Position numbers and translations under genes: made by a program. The notes beneath the pieces were generated by a model. The model saw only the letters and a list, made by a program, of their open reading frames with translations, ran no database searches and was not told where the DNA came from. From assembly GCF_018977255.1 (NCBI RefSeq), contig NW_024704849.1, forward strand, positions 1-64,000: 64,000 nt of DNA. The letters run 5' to 3'. The DNA comes from Callorhinchus milii (lineage: Eukaryota). Every line of letters starts with the position of its first letter. Position 1 is the first letter of the stretch. Shown here piece by piece: positions 38,959 to 51,866 of this stretch.

Positions 38959-40458
38959 TGCTGCTCTTCCGTCTGTGTGGTTGTGTCTGTGCCATCAGTT
39001 TGCTGATTACCCGCAGTGATTGTCGGCATTGGCGGAGCCACAGTCTCACGTCACCTCATTGGCATCTCAGACGCGTTTCGATACAGCAACCGAATGGTTT
39101 TATACGGCGGCATTCACCAATCACTGGGGGCAGGGAATCTTCTCTCTCAGCTCTTTTTAAGTTTGCAATTCCAACTTTTAACGAGAAGGAAGGTAATAGA
39201 TGGAGAAATAGCGGGAAAGCTCGCCAGGCAGTAATATCAATTGCAAGCTTTGTGGTTTTAAAGAGTTGGACTCCAGCAGATACGCATCGCACACTCAGGG
39301 GTCCACAAGCCTTGGCTCTTGCCAACCAGCGACTGATATTCTCAAGAATTAGTTAAGCAGCATGTGTCCCAGCAGCCAGAGTATTTGCATTCCGTTCCTA
39401 CAACCAATCTGAGGAATTTCCAAGTTTAGGTGAGATACATGGAAATCTCCTCTTGGTTTGGAGGTGCAAGCGAGGTGAATGGGTTCCGCATCTGTTGACC
39501 TCCCTATAAAAACGTTTAAACAATGTATAATGTCACTATTCTTGTTGGGAAAAACTTATGGAATCATGATTTGATAAATAAACGTAACTTGTCGCCCTCT
39601 AGAGACCATTCGGCCGTAGTTCAACACTACCTTCATATTTGATTCCAAACTTGAAGTAAAGCAATGATGGTATTAATAATGTGTTATGGTTACCAGTGGC
39701 TTATATAAACTCAGGTTAAGGGTACAGTAACACACCGCTGTCAGTCACTGTGAGGCCACAGATACTGAACCCCCTCCTCCCACACTCTAAATCCTCGCCT
39801 TACCATTATGTTGAGCAGTTCTGAACTCCAAAGTGCAATGTGTCAGTATATTAGTTCACATTGCATTACTGAATTAAGCCAGTATTGCCACTGGCAGTTG
39901 CATATTGTGTCATTTGCGCACTGTTTACCAAACATTAAGCAGAAATCCCGTTGTTGTACGATTGCAAAATCGCTTTCCAGTGGTTATATTCCCTCCAAAT
40001 AATAATAATAGCAATAAAGTCACTAAGTCGACATCTGTTTGTGGGTCAATGTTGTACGTAATTGGCTGTTGCATATCACCCATTAATACGCAGTTAATTC
40101 CCTCTAGAGACATTCTCTGTTACCCTCTATTTAACTCGATTTCTAACAGATTTAGCTACATGCTAAATGTCTATATATTGTTGCCAGTCAAACATCTTCT
40201 GTTATCTCCAGTGCTGAGTCATGTATTGCCGTTCTCACTCGTTGTTATTAAAATAATATTTCTGGCAATTGGTACAGTGCATTACACTCTTTCTCTACAT
40301 TAACTAATATGAACGTCTGTGACAATTACTGCTTGAGGTTGGAAAGTAGGTACGTGTTTACTCTGAGAGACACAGCAGCAAAATCACTGCTTATCAAATA
40401 GGTCAACTGTCAGGAATAACATCTGTTCTGAGACGTATCTCTTTCTCTTCTCTTTGGA

Positions 40459-40948
40459 GGTTTATGTACAGCGGTGTAATCTGACAGCAACACTGTGAGT
40501 CTGATGGCACAATAGTATTTCGCCATGTCAGACAGAGCGACGGGGAAGACAGTTAAGCCGTATCTCTTTGTGTTGGTGTCCAGTGTAGTGCTGAAACGTT
40601 GTTTTGCAAATTCAGCACTGAAAGTGTCCCCATCATAATCGTGTCTCCGTGTGTACAGAGGAGGATCTCCAGGATACTGAAGGTACCAGTACATTAAGAC
40701 ATCCGTGAAATCAGCAGAGTATGTGCAGCTCATATTTGCTGTCTGACCTTCACCAACAGACACTTCCATCTGTGATGGTTCAACGCTGATGGCATTTGCT
40801 ATCCCTGTATCCAGAAAAAAAACATGTTATTCACAGTCACACAAAGGCCAGAGGAAAAGCATCAAATTGTTTGAAGAGTGAGAGAAAATGACTCACACAT
40901 CAGCCCCCATAGCAGTGAATTGAACAGCACCAACTCTTTACTCTCCAT
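40459..40948 (-). CDS. Conventional TCR Valpha/delta, intact
   Basis: Leader 40948-40897 MESKELVLFNSLLWGLM. V exon 40804-40498 ...ANMSCTYS...LMYWYLQ...DMAKYYCAIRL. RSS CACAGTG (40491-40497), 23 nt, ACATAAACC. Confidence 0.9.
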
Positions 40949-41815
40949 TTTTCCAATGGGAAAGTAATTGTATAATGGCAGATTTGGAGATAAATGGTTG
41001 CGTCTTGAATTGTGCTTGAAAACCGTGATGGAAGCAATATTCAACGCAGCACTGCTGAGCAACTTCCTTGCGTCAGAAGATAGGGCTACAAGCCCCACCT
41101 CCGGATTGGAGAATCCTATACATTAAGATGACGCTCTCTTGTAGTTCTGGGAGTGTACTGCAGTGTGGTGTTGAGTAATTTATTTGTTGGAAAGTTTTCC
41201 TGTCAAGCGAAACACCAGGGTACGATTCCCAGGCTGTCGGAAACATTAGGCAATCTTCCTTCCTCCACTCGCCTCTGTTTGCCAGGCAGTAATTAGCTTG
41301 TTACCTGGTTGGCTGACAGCTTTTCTGGGGAGTAATTATTACTTGAAAAATGAATAGAAATAATAATAATTTCGTCGCTCAATCCAAACATCCTTGTGGG
41401 ACACTCCTTAATGTCTGGAAACAAAAACAAGAACCATATTGCATTTGTTGAGCTCCTTTCACGAAGCGAGGACGTCTTAGACAGAGTTACGTTTCCGAGC
41501 TGGGGGTCGGGTTGGGGCAGGTTGGAGGGTGGTGGGAGAACCCTTGGGAGAAGCAGGAGATGGATAGCACGGACGAAGAGGAGGGTGTTGTGATGGGTCT
41601 TGAAGGTGGCAGAGGATGGGGCGAGGCGAGGGGACTGAGCGAAACGACATAAAGCGCTTCACGGGATATACTGTCATGTGCGGGGACTGTATTTTATGTC
41701 TGTTCTGCATTCCGTCTTCTTTCGCATTGTCAAACACACAATACTCCAAATGTGTTTGGATGTTTTCCTTTGCAGACAACACTTAACAACGTGGTACACC
41801 TGTCTTTCATTACTT

Positions 41816-42145
41816 GTGGAGTCCTGTAGCTCAGTGGTTAGAGCACTCGCTTTGCAAGCGAGAGACCTGAGTTCAATTCCAGGCAGAGGGCGAAACCTTG
41901 GGCAAGTTTCCTTACTTCTCACAGAGCCTAATAATAATCCTCCAAATCCAAAAACAATAATAAATTGGTCATTTTCAATCCACGACTGTTTGTGGGACAT
42001 TGCTGTGCGCAATTGGCCTCCGCGTTCGCCCACAAATATACAGTCAATTCACTTTACAGTGTGTTCTGTGAAGCGCTTTGGGACGTCCTCCCGACGTGAA
42101 AAGCGCTATATCAAATGCAAGGATTATTATTATTATTATTATTAA
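41816..42145 (+). mobile_element. Apparently full-length tRNA-derived SINE
   Basis: A box TAGCTCAGTGG, anticodon-like stem CTCGC-TTTGCAA-GCGAG, B box GAGTTCAATTCC, body, and tail AAGCGCTATATCAAATGCAAGG(ATT)n. Many diverged partial copies occur across the window. Confidence 0.9.
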
Positions 42146-42345
42146 TGAACTGAAACGGCGACTTTTCTCGCTAACGCTTGCTTTTATTCTCTGAGTTGGT
42201 TGTGACCCATAATGTTATGGAGCGACAGCAAACTGACTGACTTGTGGTGAATGCGGATTCCCATGAAGTTCGCTGCACACAAAGTCGGAGTCTGAACACA
42301 CTCAGGGTTGATCAGACGGATAGACCAATCTCACGATGCCAGGGT

Positions 42346-42735
42346 AATTATTGTACGAGCCTGTGGCTGGTTCCCATCACTGTGAGGATACAGGAAGAGA
42401 CAGCACAGAAATGCACAGTGCTGTTGGAAAACAGCGGCTCAAAGATGGATAATCTGGTGACAAATTGGGAAGCGAAAAACTGAGAAGAGAATCGATAACC
42501 ATTTCCATTTCCTTTGCTTTTCTGCTTATTATCTGACTATCTTCGCAATGTATAGTCCGGCTTTTTGTCTCGGTAATGTCGGTACAATAAAGTAATAATA
42601 ATAGTTCTTGCATTTGATATAGCACTTTACACGTCTTATCTATGTATATTTTAAATAAATAATATGTATAATCTGATAGATTATAATAATATCTCTCAGT
42701 CATGGAATGGGAACATTCAAGAGTGACAGTTTCTC
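42346..42735 (-). pseudogene. TCR V pseudogene of the 7.7 kb family with an insertion
   Basis: RSS CACAGTG (42378-42384), 23 nt, ACAATAATT. The V body is disrupted by an AT-rich insert containing a SINE-tail-like sequence near 42600-42690. Confidence 0.75.
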
Positions 42736-44056
42736 ATTCTTTCTTCACCATCGCTGCAGTCCACAGTGTTTTACAGTTTCGCCCTCCAGAGGTCAACTCA
42801 GCATTGATGTTTGATGCCAAACTTGAAGTAAAGCAATGATTGTAATAACAATGTGTTGTGGTTCCCAGTGTCTTATATCACCTGAGGCTCAGAGTACAGT
42901 AACACATACCGCTGTCAGTCACTGTGACTGTACAGATACTGAAGACCCACTCCCACACACTAATTCCTCGCCTCACAAATATGTTGAGCTGTTCTGAGCC
43001 CCAAAGGTCAATTTTTCAGTGTAATAGTTCACAATGCAATACAGAATTGCGCCACTGGCAATTGTGCAGTGTTTCATTTACGTATTGATTCGAAAGCAGT
43101 GAGTAGGAACCCAGTTGTTATTAAATAGGCGTATTGCTTTCGCTGGATCACATTTCCTCCAACATAGTAATATTTATACGTTCATTGAAGCCACGACTCT
43201 TTGTGGGTCACTACTGTGTGCAAATGGCTGTTGCGTTTCACACACAAAAGTTACAGTGAATTAAGATGTTCATATAATCGATACTAGACGTCTGGAAATC
43301 ATCTCATGTCAAATGCAAAGATTATTAATTCCAATTGAGTTGACTTTGTATTTTGCAGGCGACCAATCTGGGATTGAGAGTGCATCACATTATTATTGTT
43401 TTTAGTCATTTAAGGGTTTATTATCAAACGAGAGCGACTAACTAACGGGTTCCTACTTCCTGCTTGGTAAACAGAGGCGAGTAGTGTAAGGATATTTGCC
43501 CAATGTTTCGGCGTGTATGGGAATCGAACACAAGTCTTCTGAGCTGTGAGACCAGTGCTCTCACCAGTGCGCTGCAAAATTTCAGAAATTCTTCTTATTC
43601 GCTTAGTCTGATCCCATCCACTTCCCGCGCTCTTTATGGGACATATCTGTTCGCAATTTGGCTGCCGGGACCTTTAAGACCTATCCAAGATGTGATCAGC
43701 CGTCAAATCAAACGCAATCGATTATTACACTGATGTCGGGAGACGTTTCAAAGAGTCTCACAAAACTTTATAAAATTCTGCGTGTCGGGGAATTGCATTT
43801 CGACTGTTTTCTGAATTCCATCTTCTTCCTTAGAGTCAAAAAGAAAACAGTTCAAACAGCTTTTATTGTTGAATTTGCAGCCCAGAGTGAACCAAAATAA
43901 TCCCGTCTGTTGTGCTCAATTCGCTTATTATTTTAAACTCTGCGTTTATATTTCACACATTTGTGTGAATCTTCAGCAGACAGATTGACTTGTGGTGAAC
44001 GCCAGACTTCCTGAAAACAGACTACTCGCCTCAGCGCCACCTCACACATCTAAGAT

Positions 44057-44908
44057 AGTTTCTGTACGAGGCTGAGACTGGTTTCCATCACTGTGGCTCT
44101 GAATGCACAGTAATACAAAGCAGCGTCAGACATTTCTAACTGGGAGATGGTTAATTTGCTGGATTTTTTGGAGATCTGCAGCTCCTCTGAGAAGCGAATT
44201 TTAGCAAAATTCGCTTTATGGTTGGAGTAACCGCTACAGCTCCGCAGGATATACTCGGGTTGATTTTCTGGGCGTTGTCGGTACCAGTATAAACAATAGC
44301 TGCTCAGTGATGTAGAATAATCACTGTGCAAAGTCACTTGCCCTCCTTCTGTCTCTGTCACTGAAGGCTCCGACTGAATAACAGAATCTCCCCTGGTCAG
44401 ACCTGAAACAAAAGTCTAAGTTAAATAAAAAATGAACAGATTGAAAAAAAAATACCTGCGCTTGATATAGCTCTTTTTCGCGTCTTTAATCGTTTCCCAA
44501 CGCTTCACAGAATACACTGCGAATTGAATTGGATGTCTATTTTGTGAAAAAAAAACTGGCAGCCAATTGCGCACAGCAGTGTCCCAGAAACAATGTAGAT
44601 TGAATGACTAATTTATCTTTTTTTTCTTTGAATTATTGTTCCCCCGACAAAACGATCCACCAATTGACAGAGAAAAGGATCGTACAATTTCCAAGTGGAG
44701 TAATTCATCAAGCCCAATGTTAGGCCCTGACAGGAATCGAACCCGAGTCATGGATTGCGAGGTGAGCGCTCTTTACACTGAGCTACAAGACTCCACCGAA
44801 AAAAGCTATGCAACCAACATGGAGCATTGGCTGAAAGATCGGATATTTAATTAATTGATCACCTCGTAGAAAGACAGACAGAATCACACAGATCACAGTT
44901 CCCCCCAT
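44057..44908 (-). CDS. Conventional TCR V, paralog of the 10.7 kb gene, open frame, first Cys replaced by Ser
   Basis: Leader 44908-44863 MGGTVICVILSVFLR (GTGATC donor). V exon 44402-44096 ...VTLHSDY...SYCLYWYRQ...ILRSC...DAALYYCAFR. RSS CACAGTG-23-ACAGAAACT. Confidence 0.8.
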
Positions 44909-45808
44909 CGTCTGAGCTCTATCTGCAGATGCCCATTGATTACTTGTAGGATAGTTGAGAGGATTGGTTCCAGCCTCAGCAGTGATGACGGGTGCTGTCG
45001 CCCAATAGGTAAAGTGCAGAAGGTCCTCGTGATCAGAAACACTTTGCAAATAATTATTTTTACATGACTAAAGCCATAGAATCGTTGATTATAAGAGGAC
45101 GGAAGGAGGCTTCTCGGCACATTGTGACTGTTTCGACTCCATGAAAGAGCTGCAAAATCATTCCCAATCCCCATACTTTCCCGCTCGCAATGCAATTCTT
45201 ATTTTCCGTTGTAAGTACTATCCAATTCCCTTTTGGAAGTTGCTACCGAATCTGCTGCCACAATTCTAAACCGTAACGAGTCTATCGATTAAAAAAAACG
45301 ACTGTCTCTTCGTCTCTGCTCTGGTAATTTTTACAATTACTTTCAAGCGAAATAAACTCAAAAGCTGTAAAAGTTTTAATAAAAACATTAATGTTAATAC
45401 AGTATATCACTGAGTTATGCCCAGATAACCTTCACTGAGCGAAATGGTGCGAAATCTGTGACCAAAGGATCAAAGATGCTATGAAAGACGAACATCTCAA
45501 AGCATTAAGCACGATGAAACGTGAAGTTTAGTGACTGTATCTATCCGTCAATTCCCAGTCAATTCACTTTGCTGTATATTCTGTGAAGTGCTCCGTGACG
45601 TTATAAGGCGTGGTGTTAAATGTAAGAAGTAATAATATTTATTTCACTCTATCACTACATGAACTGCTCTACCACTTTTTGCTTGTGGTTGGCAATTAGT
45701 CACATGTTTCCTCTGAGAGACACAGCAGCAAAGTCTTAATATGTGAAATAGGTCAACTGTCAGGACAAACATCTGTGCTGAGATAGAACCCTTACGCTGC
45801 TCTAAGGA

Positions 45809-46290
45809 GGTTTATGTACAGTGGTGTAGTTTGACAGTAAAACAGTGTGTGTTCGCACAATGTTTGGCCGTGTCAGATAGAAACACCGGGAGCACAGTTC
45901 CAGTGGATCTCTCCCTCCTCGTATCCAGATTAGTGGTGAAACATTGTGTTGCAAATTCAGCACCGAAAGTTTCCGGGTTAAAATCATGCCTCTGTGTGAG
46001 ATTCCCTCAGGTGAGACTTCCCTGGATACTGATGGTACCAGGATATGAAAACATTGCTGAAATCAGCAGACAAACTGCTGCTCAGGGTGATAGTCTGGCC
46101 TTCAGTAACAGATACTTCCACATGTGATGGTTCACCGCTGACTCTGTTCGCTGATCCTATAGCCAGAGAGAACACTTTATTCATGAGACACAAAGGCCAG
46201 GTGTACATTCCCATACTGTTTCAATGGTGTGGGTGAATATTTGCACATCAGTCCCAACAAAACTGAATTGAACAGCTTCAGCTCCATCTA
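45809..46290 (-). pseudogene. TCR V pseudogene of the 40.5 kb family
   Basis: V about 46156-45848 is frameshifted; heptamer is CACTGTT; the leader donor is mutated to GC. Confidence 0.75.
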
Positions 46291-47458
46291 TCCAAGTGGG
46301 CATCTAAATGGTTTGAACGGAGCTTGGGAGATAAAAGTTTGTGTCTTGAATTGGGCATGGAAACAGATGTGGAAGCAGCAGTCAAAACAGCAGTGATGGG
46401 TACTCCTCTGCGTCAGAAGATCGTGTACAGAGGACACTTTTACGGAACAGGACCTTGTATCTCTAAGGTGAAGCTCTTATGCAATGCTGGTAGCTTACCG
46501 AAATATGGATTCCTGGTGCTTTATTGCTGGAAAATCACTTGCAAGCGAGAGACATGGGTTCCATTCCAGGCATGGCGAAATGCTGTGGATGAATCCTTGG
46601 TCCAACCACACTCTATTATTTTTTTTTATAGATTGGTCATTCACTTCATTTATGTTTGTAGGAAATTACTCTGTCCAGTTGTCTTTCTTCCTCTGATCAC
46701 AAAGATAAATTACTTTAAACTGTTTCATGTGTAGGGCTTTGGGACGTTTCCTGCTGTGAAACAAGTTATAACAAAGCTAATTGCTTAATGGTAGAAAGAA
46801 CAAGGGAATTGTTTTAGTGCACATCGTTTCTATAGGTGAGCTTTTAGTGCAATCACAAACCGTAAAATATCGATCAAACAGTTATCAGAACCTGCTGAAT
46901 TTTGGCGAAAGCCATTCCCAAATCAAGGGGTGAACATTAAAGAACGTTTTCGACGCTGGATTTGAAAAAGAGTTTAGGAGCTGGGGGTGGGATTGTGGGA
47001 AATGCATTGTGGAAAATTGGTGGAGGGTGTTCCAGAGTTTCTAGCGTTCAGCATAAGTAAAATATACTTTAAATGACTTGATATAAACTCAACTAGGTGT
47101 AAGCTACGGCTGCATATGGGAGAGGGCTTACACCTTAGAGTTGGTAAGGCGAGTGTTTCTCCTTCTCCGCTAAAGCACTCCGTGAAATTTAATGCAACAA
47201 CAGACATGATTTATTTTCATTTATTTTGTAAATCGAAGTACATCAATAACAGCTGGAACTATAACTACTCATTGATTATTGTCTGCCTTTATTGTGCCAG
47301 ATAATGATGTGAACGTTGAGCTGACAAGTTGATGTGAGGTGATTGTGGTTTCCTGAGTCTGGATACAGACAAATTTGCTCCCCGCACGGCCTAAGGGCCT
47401 GACCAAGGTTCTGCACACACTTCAACAGACAGATCATCCCTTTGTGCAAAGTGAAGGC

Positions 47459-48485
47459 AGTTTCTGTACGAGACTTGCAGTGCAGTCTATCACTGTGGTG
47501 GGATTAAAGGCACAGTAATACACAGCGCTGTCAGACACCACCATCTCAGAGATGGATAAACTGGTGGATGAAATGGATTTGTGCAGCTGAGCAGAGAAAC
47601 GATTTCCAAATCCTGTTCCTCTGTACTGATTTTCATTCCCAGAATATCTCCGAACTATATACTCTGGCTGCTTGTCTGGGTAATGTCGGTACCAGGAGAG
47701 ATCGTAATCGCTTAATGTAGTGGAATAAGTACATTCAAAACTCGCAGTTTCTCCTTTTCTCTTAACCATCGTGGCAGCTTTCTGACTGACAGAATCCCCA
47801 TCACAGAGTTCTGTAACAAACATGGATTATATTATTCTTCACTGTTTGCTTGAATTATTTTTCTCAGCGCTTATCCGGATGAGAAAAGTGCTGCACACGT
47901 GTAATTTGCTAATAATGAAATAATAATAATCAAATTATTTTACATAGCACATTATCGCATTTTTGAAACTCCTGAAAGCGCTTCACACAGTATGCGGCAA
48001 AGTTAATTCCTGTGTGTCTTTATTGGGGAAAAGCAGCAGCGAATTGCGCAGTGCATTGAGGCACATTATTTAGTGGAATGAGTTATCAAGTTATCCATTT
48101 ACACCATTTAAACGATTATTAACTCGGATAAGCGATCCATCAATCTACTAAAAATATTTGAGAAATCATTACAATTTGGAGGGTGTTATTATTCCTTATG
48201 ATAAAACGGGTGATGAAGCAAACGATGACCGACATACTGCTGAGTAAACAGATGCGTGTGAGTGGAGTGAGGAAACTTGCCAAAAACATTGCCCTGTTCT
48301 GACGGGGAATCGAACGCAAGTCTTGTCGCTTGCGGTGCGAGGGCACTAAACACAAGGATTCAGGTCTGCCTCCGCCAAATGTTGTTCAAATGGAGATGAA
48401 AATCATCACCAACATTGAATTAGCTCAACACGGCCTCACCTGACATGAAGGATCCCAGCACCAGACAGACAGCAAACAGCCTCAT
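47459..48485 (-). CDS. Conventional TCR Valpha/delta, intact
   Basis: Leader 48485-48440 MRLFAVCLVLGSFMS. V exon 47810-47498 ...FECTYS...LSWYRH...DSAVYYCAFNPT. RSS CACAGTG (47491-47497), 23 nt, ACAGAAACT. Confidence 0.92.
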
Positions 48486-49145
48486 TGCTGCTCCTCAGTC
48501 TGTGTGGTCGTATCAGTGCCATCAGTTTGCTGATAACCCGCAGTGATTGCCGTCATTAGCGGAGCCACAGTCTCACGTCACCACATTGGCATCTCAGCCG
48601 AGTTTGAATACAACAACCAATTTATTTTTACAGAGGATTTCACCAGCGACTGGTGTCACGGAATCCTGCCTCGCAACTCCTGTTAAGCCTGTAAGCTAAA
48701 CACGAAAGTGCAGGATGGCCCTAGTTGGACAAGTAGCGGGAATGCTTGCAGAAAGCGCTATCAATAGCAGGCTATGTGATTTAACTGGCTGGACGTCAGC
48801 AGATACCCCAAGGCAAACTCTGATGTCCGCAAATCATAAACCTTGCCAACCTGCCTGCAACTTTCCGGAATAAGCTAAGTAAGGTGTTAGCCTTGAGGGA
48901 GAGAATGTGCCTTTAATTGCAGCAATATATGTATGGACTGTCCGTGTGTTCTTGTTGCACTTGGAAATCTCAGCTTGGTTTCCACTCTCTTTAGTACGGT
49001 AATGGGTTTCCTCATTTGCTGCCCAAAAATTCTTCAGTGGGAAAATGAAACACCAATAATTAAAGTACCAAAGACATGTGCACGGGATGACTTCGAACAT
49101 TGTCTCACTCTTCGCCAGTAATATAGTTATGACACTCACAACATT

Positions 49146-49457
49146 ATAATAATAATAATAATAATCCTTGCATTTGATACAGCGCTTTTCACCCAAAGCG
49201 CTTCACAGAACACACTGTAAAGTGAATTGACTGTATATTTGTGGGCGAACGCGGCAGCCAATTGCGCACAGCAATGTCCCACAAACAGTCGTAGATTGAA
49301 AATGACCAATTTATTATTGTTTTTGTTTTGGAGGGATTATTATTAGGCTCTGTGTGGAGTAAGGAAACTTGCCCAAGGTTTCGCCCTCTGCCTGGAATTG
49401 AACTCAGGTCTCTCGCTTGCAAAGCGAGCGCTCTAAACACTGAGCTACAGGACTCCG
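49146..49457 (-). mobile_element. tRNA-derived SINE closely matching the 41.8 kb copy
   Basis: The reverse complement aligns by eye with 41816-42145 from head to (ATT)n tail, with few differences. Confidence 0.9.
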
Positions 49458-50294
49458 CAACGTTAGCACCAATTATTCTTCACAAAATGTTATTCATGGC
49501 CACCGTTGCTATTATTTCTTCATGGAAATGCACACATTCAATAAAAAATTCGTTTCGAAGATTGCCAGTCAATTTTGGTTTACTTTGTAAGCAGGAACCC
49601 AATTCGCTTTTGAGAGCTACGATCGAATCTGGTTCCACGGCACTTTCATATAGTAAAATTGTTTCTAAACCGTAACAACTCTTTCGGTTAAAGAATGGCT
49701 CAATGTCTCCCGTCTCCCGTCTGGCCACATGTCTTCAATCTGCATCATAAATTCAGAAGCTGTAAACGTGTACCGTGTAAACGAAATATAACATAGCATA
49801 ACCGTTAAGATGATGGACTTAAATTAAATAACCAATTACATTTTGCTTCACTTACAAAACATTAATAACAACACGTTGTGTCCCTGAAGTGTGTAAAGTT
49901 AATTTGCACTGAGACCAATGACCCGAAAATCTGTGGCCAAATGTGCAATGATATTAAGAAAGAGGGAAGTCCCAAAGTGCCTCACATGGTATAATATGAA
50001 TTACAATAACTGTATCTTTCAGTCAATTTAAATTTAATTTACTGAACCGTAGATAATGTGAAGCACTTTGAGACGCCTCGATGTCGTCTTAAGGCGCTAT
50101 ATCGAATGTAAGGATACTGATTATTTCGTTAACTCTTTCCAACGTGAAACAGTCTATCACTGTTTTCTTCAGGTTGGGGATAAAGTCATGTGTTTCCTCT
50201 GAGAGACACAGCAGCAAAATCACAATTTGTCAAATAGGTCAACTGTCAGGAATAACATCTGTGCTGAGATGAAACCCTTTTTCTCCTCTTTGGA

Positions 50295-50605
50295 GGTTTA
50301 TGTAGAGCGCTGCAGTCTGACAGTAACATTGTATATGTGATGGCACATTAATGTGTGTCAGTGTCAGATAGAGCCACCGGGAGCAAAGTTAGAGTGGTTC
50401 TCTTCCTGCTCGTCTCCTGATATGGCGTTAAGCGNTTTTTTACAAATTCAGCACTGAAAGTGACCACATCATTATCATGTCTCCGCCTGCAGAGAGGAGG
50501 CTTGCCCTGGATACTGACTTTACCAGAAATTCAAAACATTGGTAAAATCAGGAGATTATTTGCAGCTCATGGTTACAGTCTGGCCTTCAGTGACATACAC
50601 TTCCA
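50295..50605 (-). pseudogene. V pseudogene, paralog of the 26.2 kb relic
   Basis: Spacer and nonamer ACATAAACC are retained, the heptamer is decayed, and the V body is disrupted and 5'-truncated. Confidence 0.65.
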
Positions 50606-51526
50606 TTGTGATTTGAAATAAAATATTATGTAGAATTCATCTGCTGTAAGCTACATAATAATAATCATTGCATTTGATGGAGTCATTGTGTGTTTTCTGC
50701 AGGAGCGCACAGCAGTGTCCCACGAACAGTCGTGTTTTGAGTGACCAAGCAATTATTGTTTAACCTATCAGTGAAAACATCTATAATAAACGCACGGATT
50801 AATGAGTAATAATACCAACTTGTTTAATGCAGGTGTTACTGTCTCGGAGAATGATCGGCCAGTCGACTACCAAACGAGTTCGTACTCACAGCTAAGAAAG
50901 CAGAAGTGTTTGTAGGTTGAGGAAACTTGCCCAACATTTCTACCAGTTTGGGATTCGATCCCAGGTCCTCTCGCTTGAGAGTCGATTTACCTAACAACTG
51001 AGCACTCTACACTGACAGTAAAATATCACTTCACAGATTCTCTGTGTGAATATTAGTGTCATATATTTTTTAGTTATTGAGACTTGGTTCATATTATTAT
51101 TTTACTGACCGTAATCGTACAGAATTTTGAAGCTCCTCTCGCACTCTAAAAAAGAAACTGTTGGTTGCGACGATTTTACTACGAAATAAATTGAAATTTA
51201 CATCAAAATCTGTGAAGCGATTTGGGACTTCTCAATGAAGTGGTGATACACCACGACATCAAACACAAGGACTACAACATTTTATTAGGTTTTTATTACC
51301 GTAATTATCAACATCTGTGACACACTAATTATCCAAATTCCGACAAGGATTTATCACAGTTTAATATCTGTTGATGAAAAAAAAACAAATATTCAGCGAG
51401 TAAAGTGTCACATATTTTAAATGACTTGATATGAGCTCAATAGACTATGGTGCCAGTTTGGAAAAGGTTTGTTGCACTGTCTGTCACTAACTGTACTGTA
51501 CTGTTTCCAGCTTTGGTTGTGATGAG

Positions 51527-51866
51527 GGTTATTGTACGAGGTTTCCTATGATGTGTATCACTGTGGTGCAGACTGAGTGCACAGTGGTACATAGCGGAGT
51601 CTGTCAGCCGCAGGTCGGCGATGGTTAAAACGCTGATTTTCTTGGCAGTGTCAAGAGAAGCAGAAATATGACCTCCAGTGGGGTTTCCTCCCTCTCCTGA
51701 GGGTTTTCTGTGGAGCAGGTATTTCAGTTCCTCCCCAGGGGCTGTCGGTACCAGGAGACGCTGAAATCCTGTCCGCAGAACCCTGAGTATTGGCAATGTA
51801 AATGTATTCTCTCAACTGCAACAGCAGTTTGTTCAGGCGGTGACTGGGAAACACTATAGCTCGATC
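51527..51866 (-). pseudogene. Leaderless supporting TCR Vdelta S4 with a 1-nt deletion (possible artefact)
   Basis: 301-nt exon (S3 is 302): SSYSVSQSPPEQ...HCQYSGFCGQDFSVSWYRQ, then a frameshift in the C4 run at 51738-51741; one extra C restores RQPPGEELKY. RSS CACAGTG (51559-51565), 23 nt, ACAATAACC. Confidence 0.85.

Noticed and set aside
41818-41895. tRNA-Ala(TGC)-like gene
   Set aside because: The acceptor stem does not pair, and the head runs into a repeated body and (ATT)n tail, so it is a SINE head.
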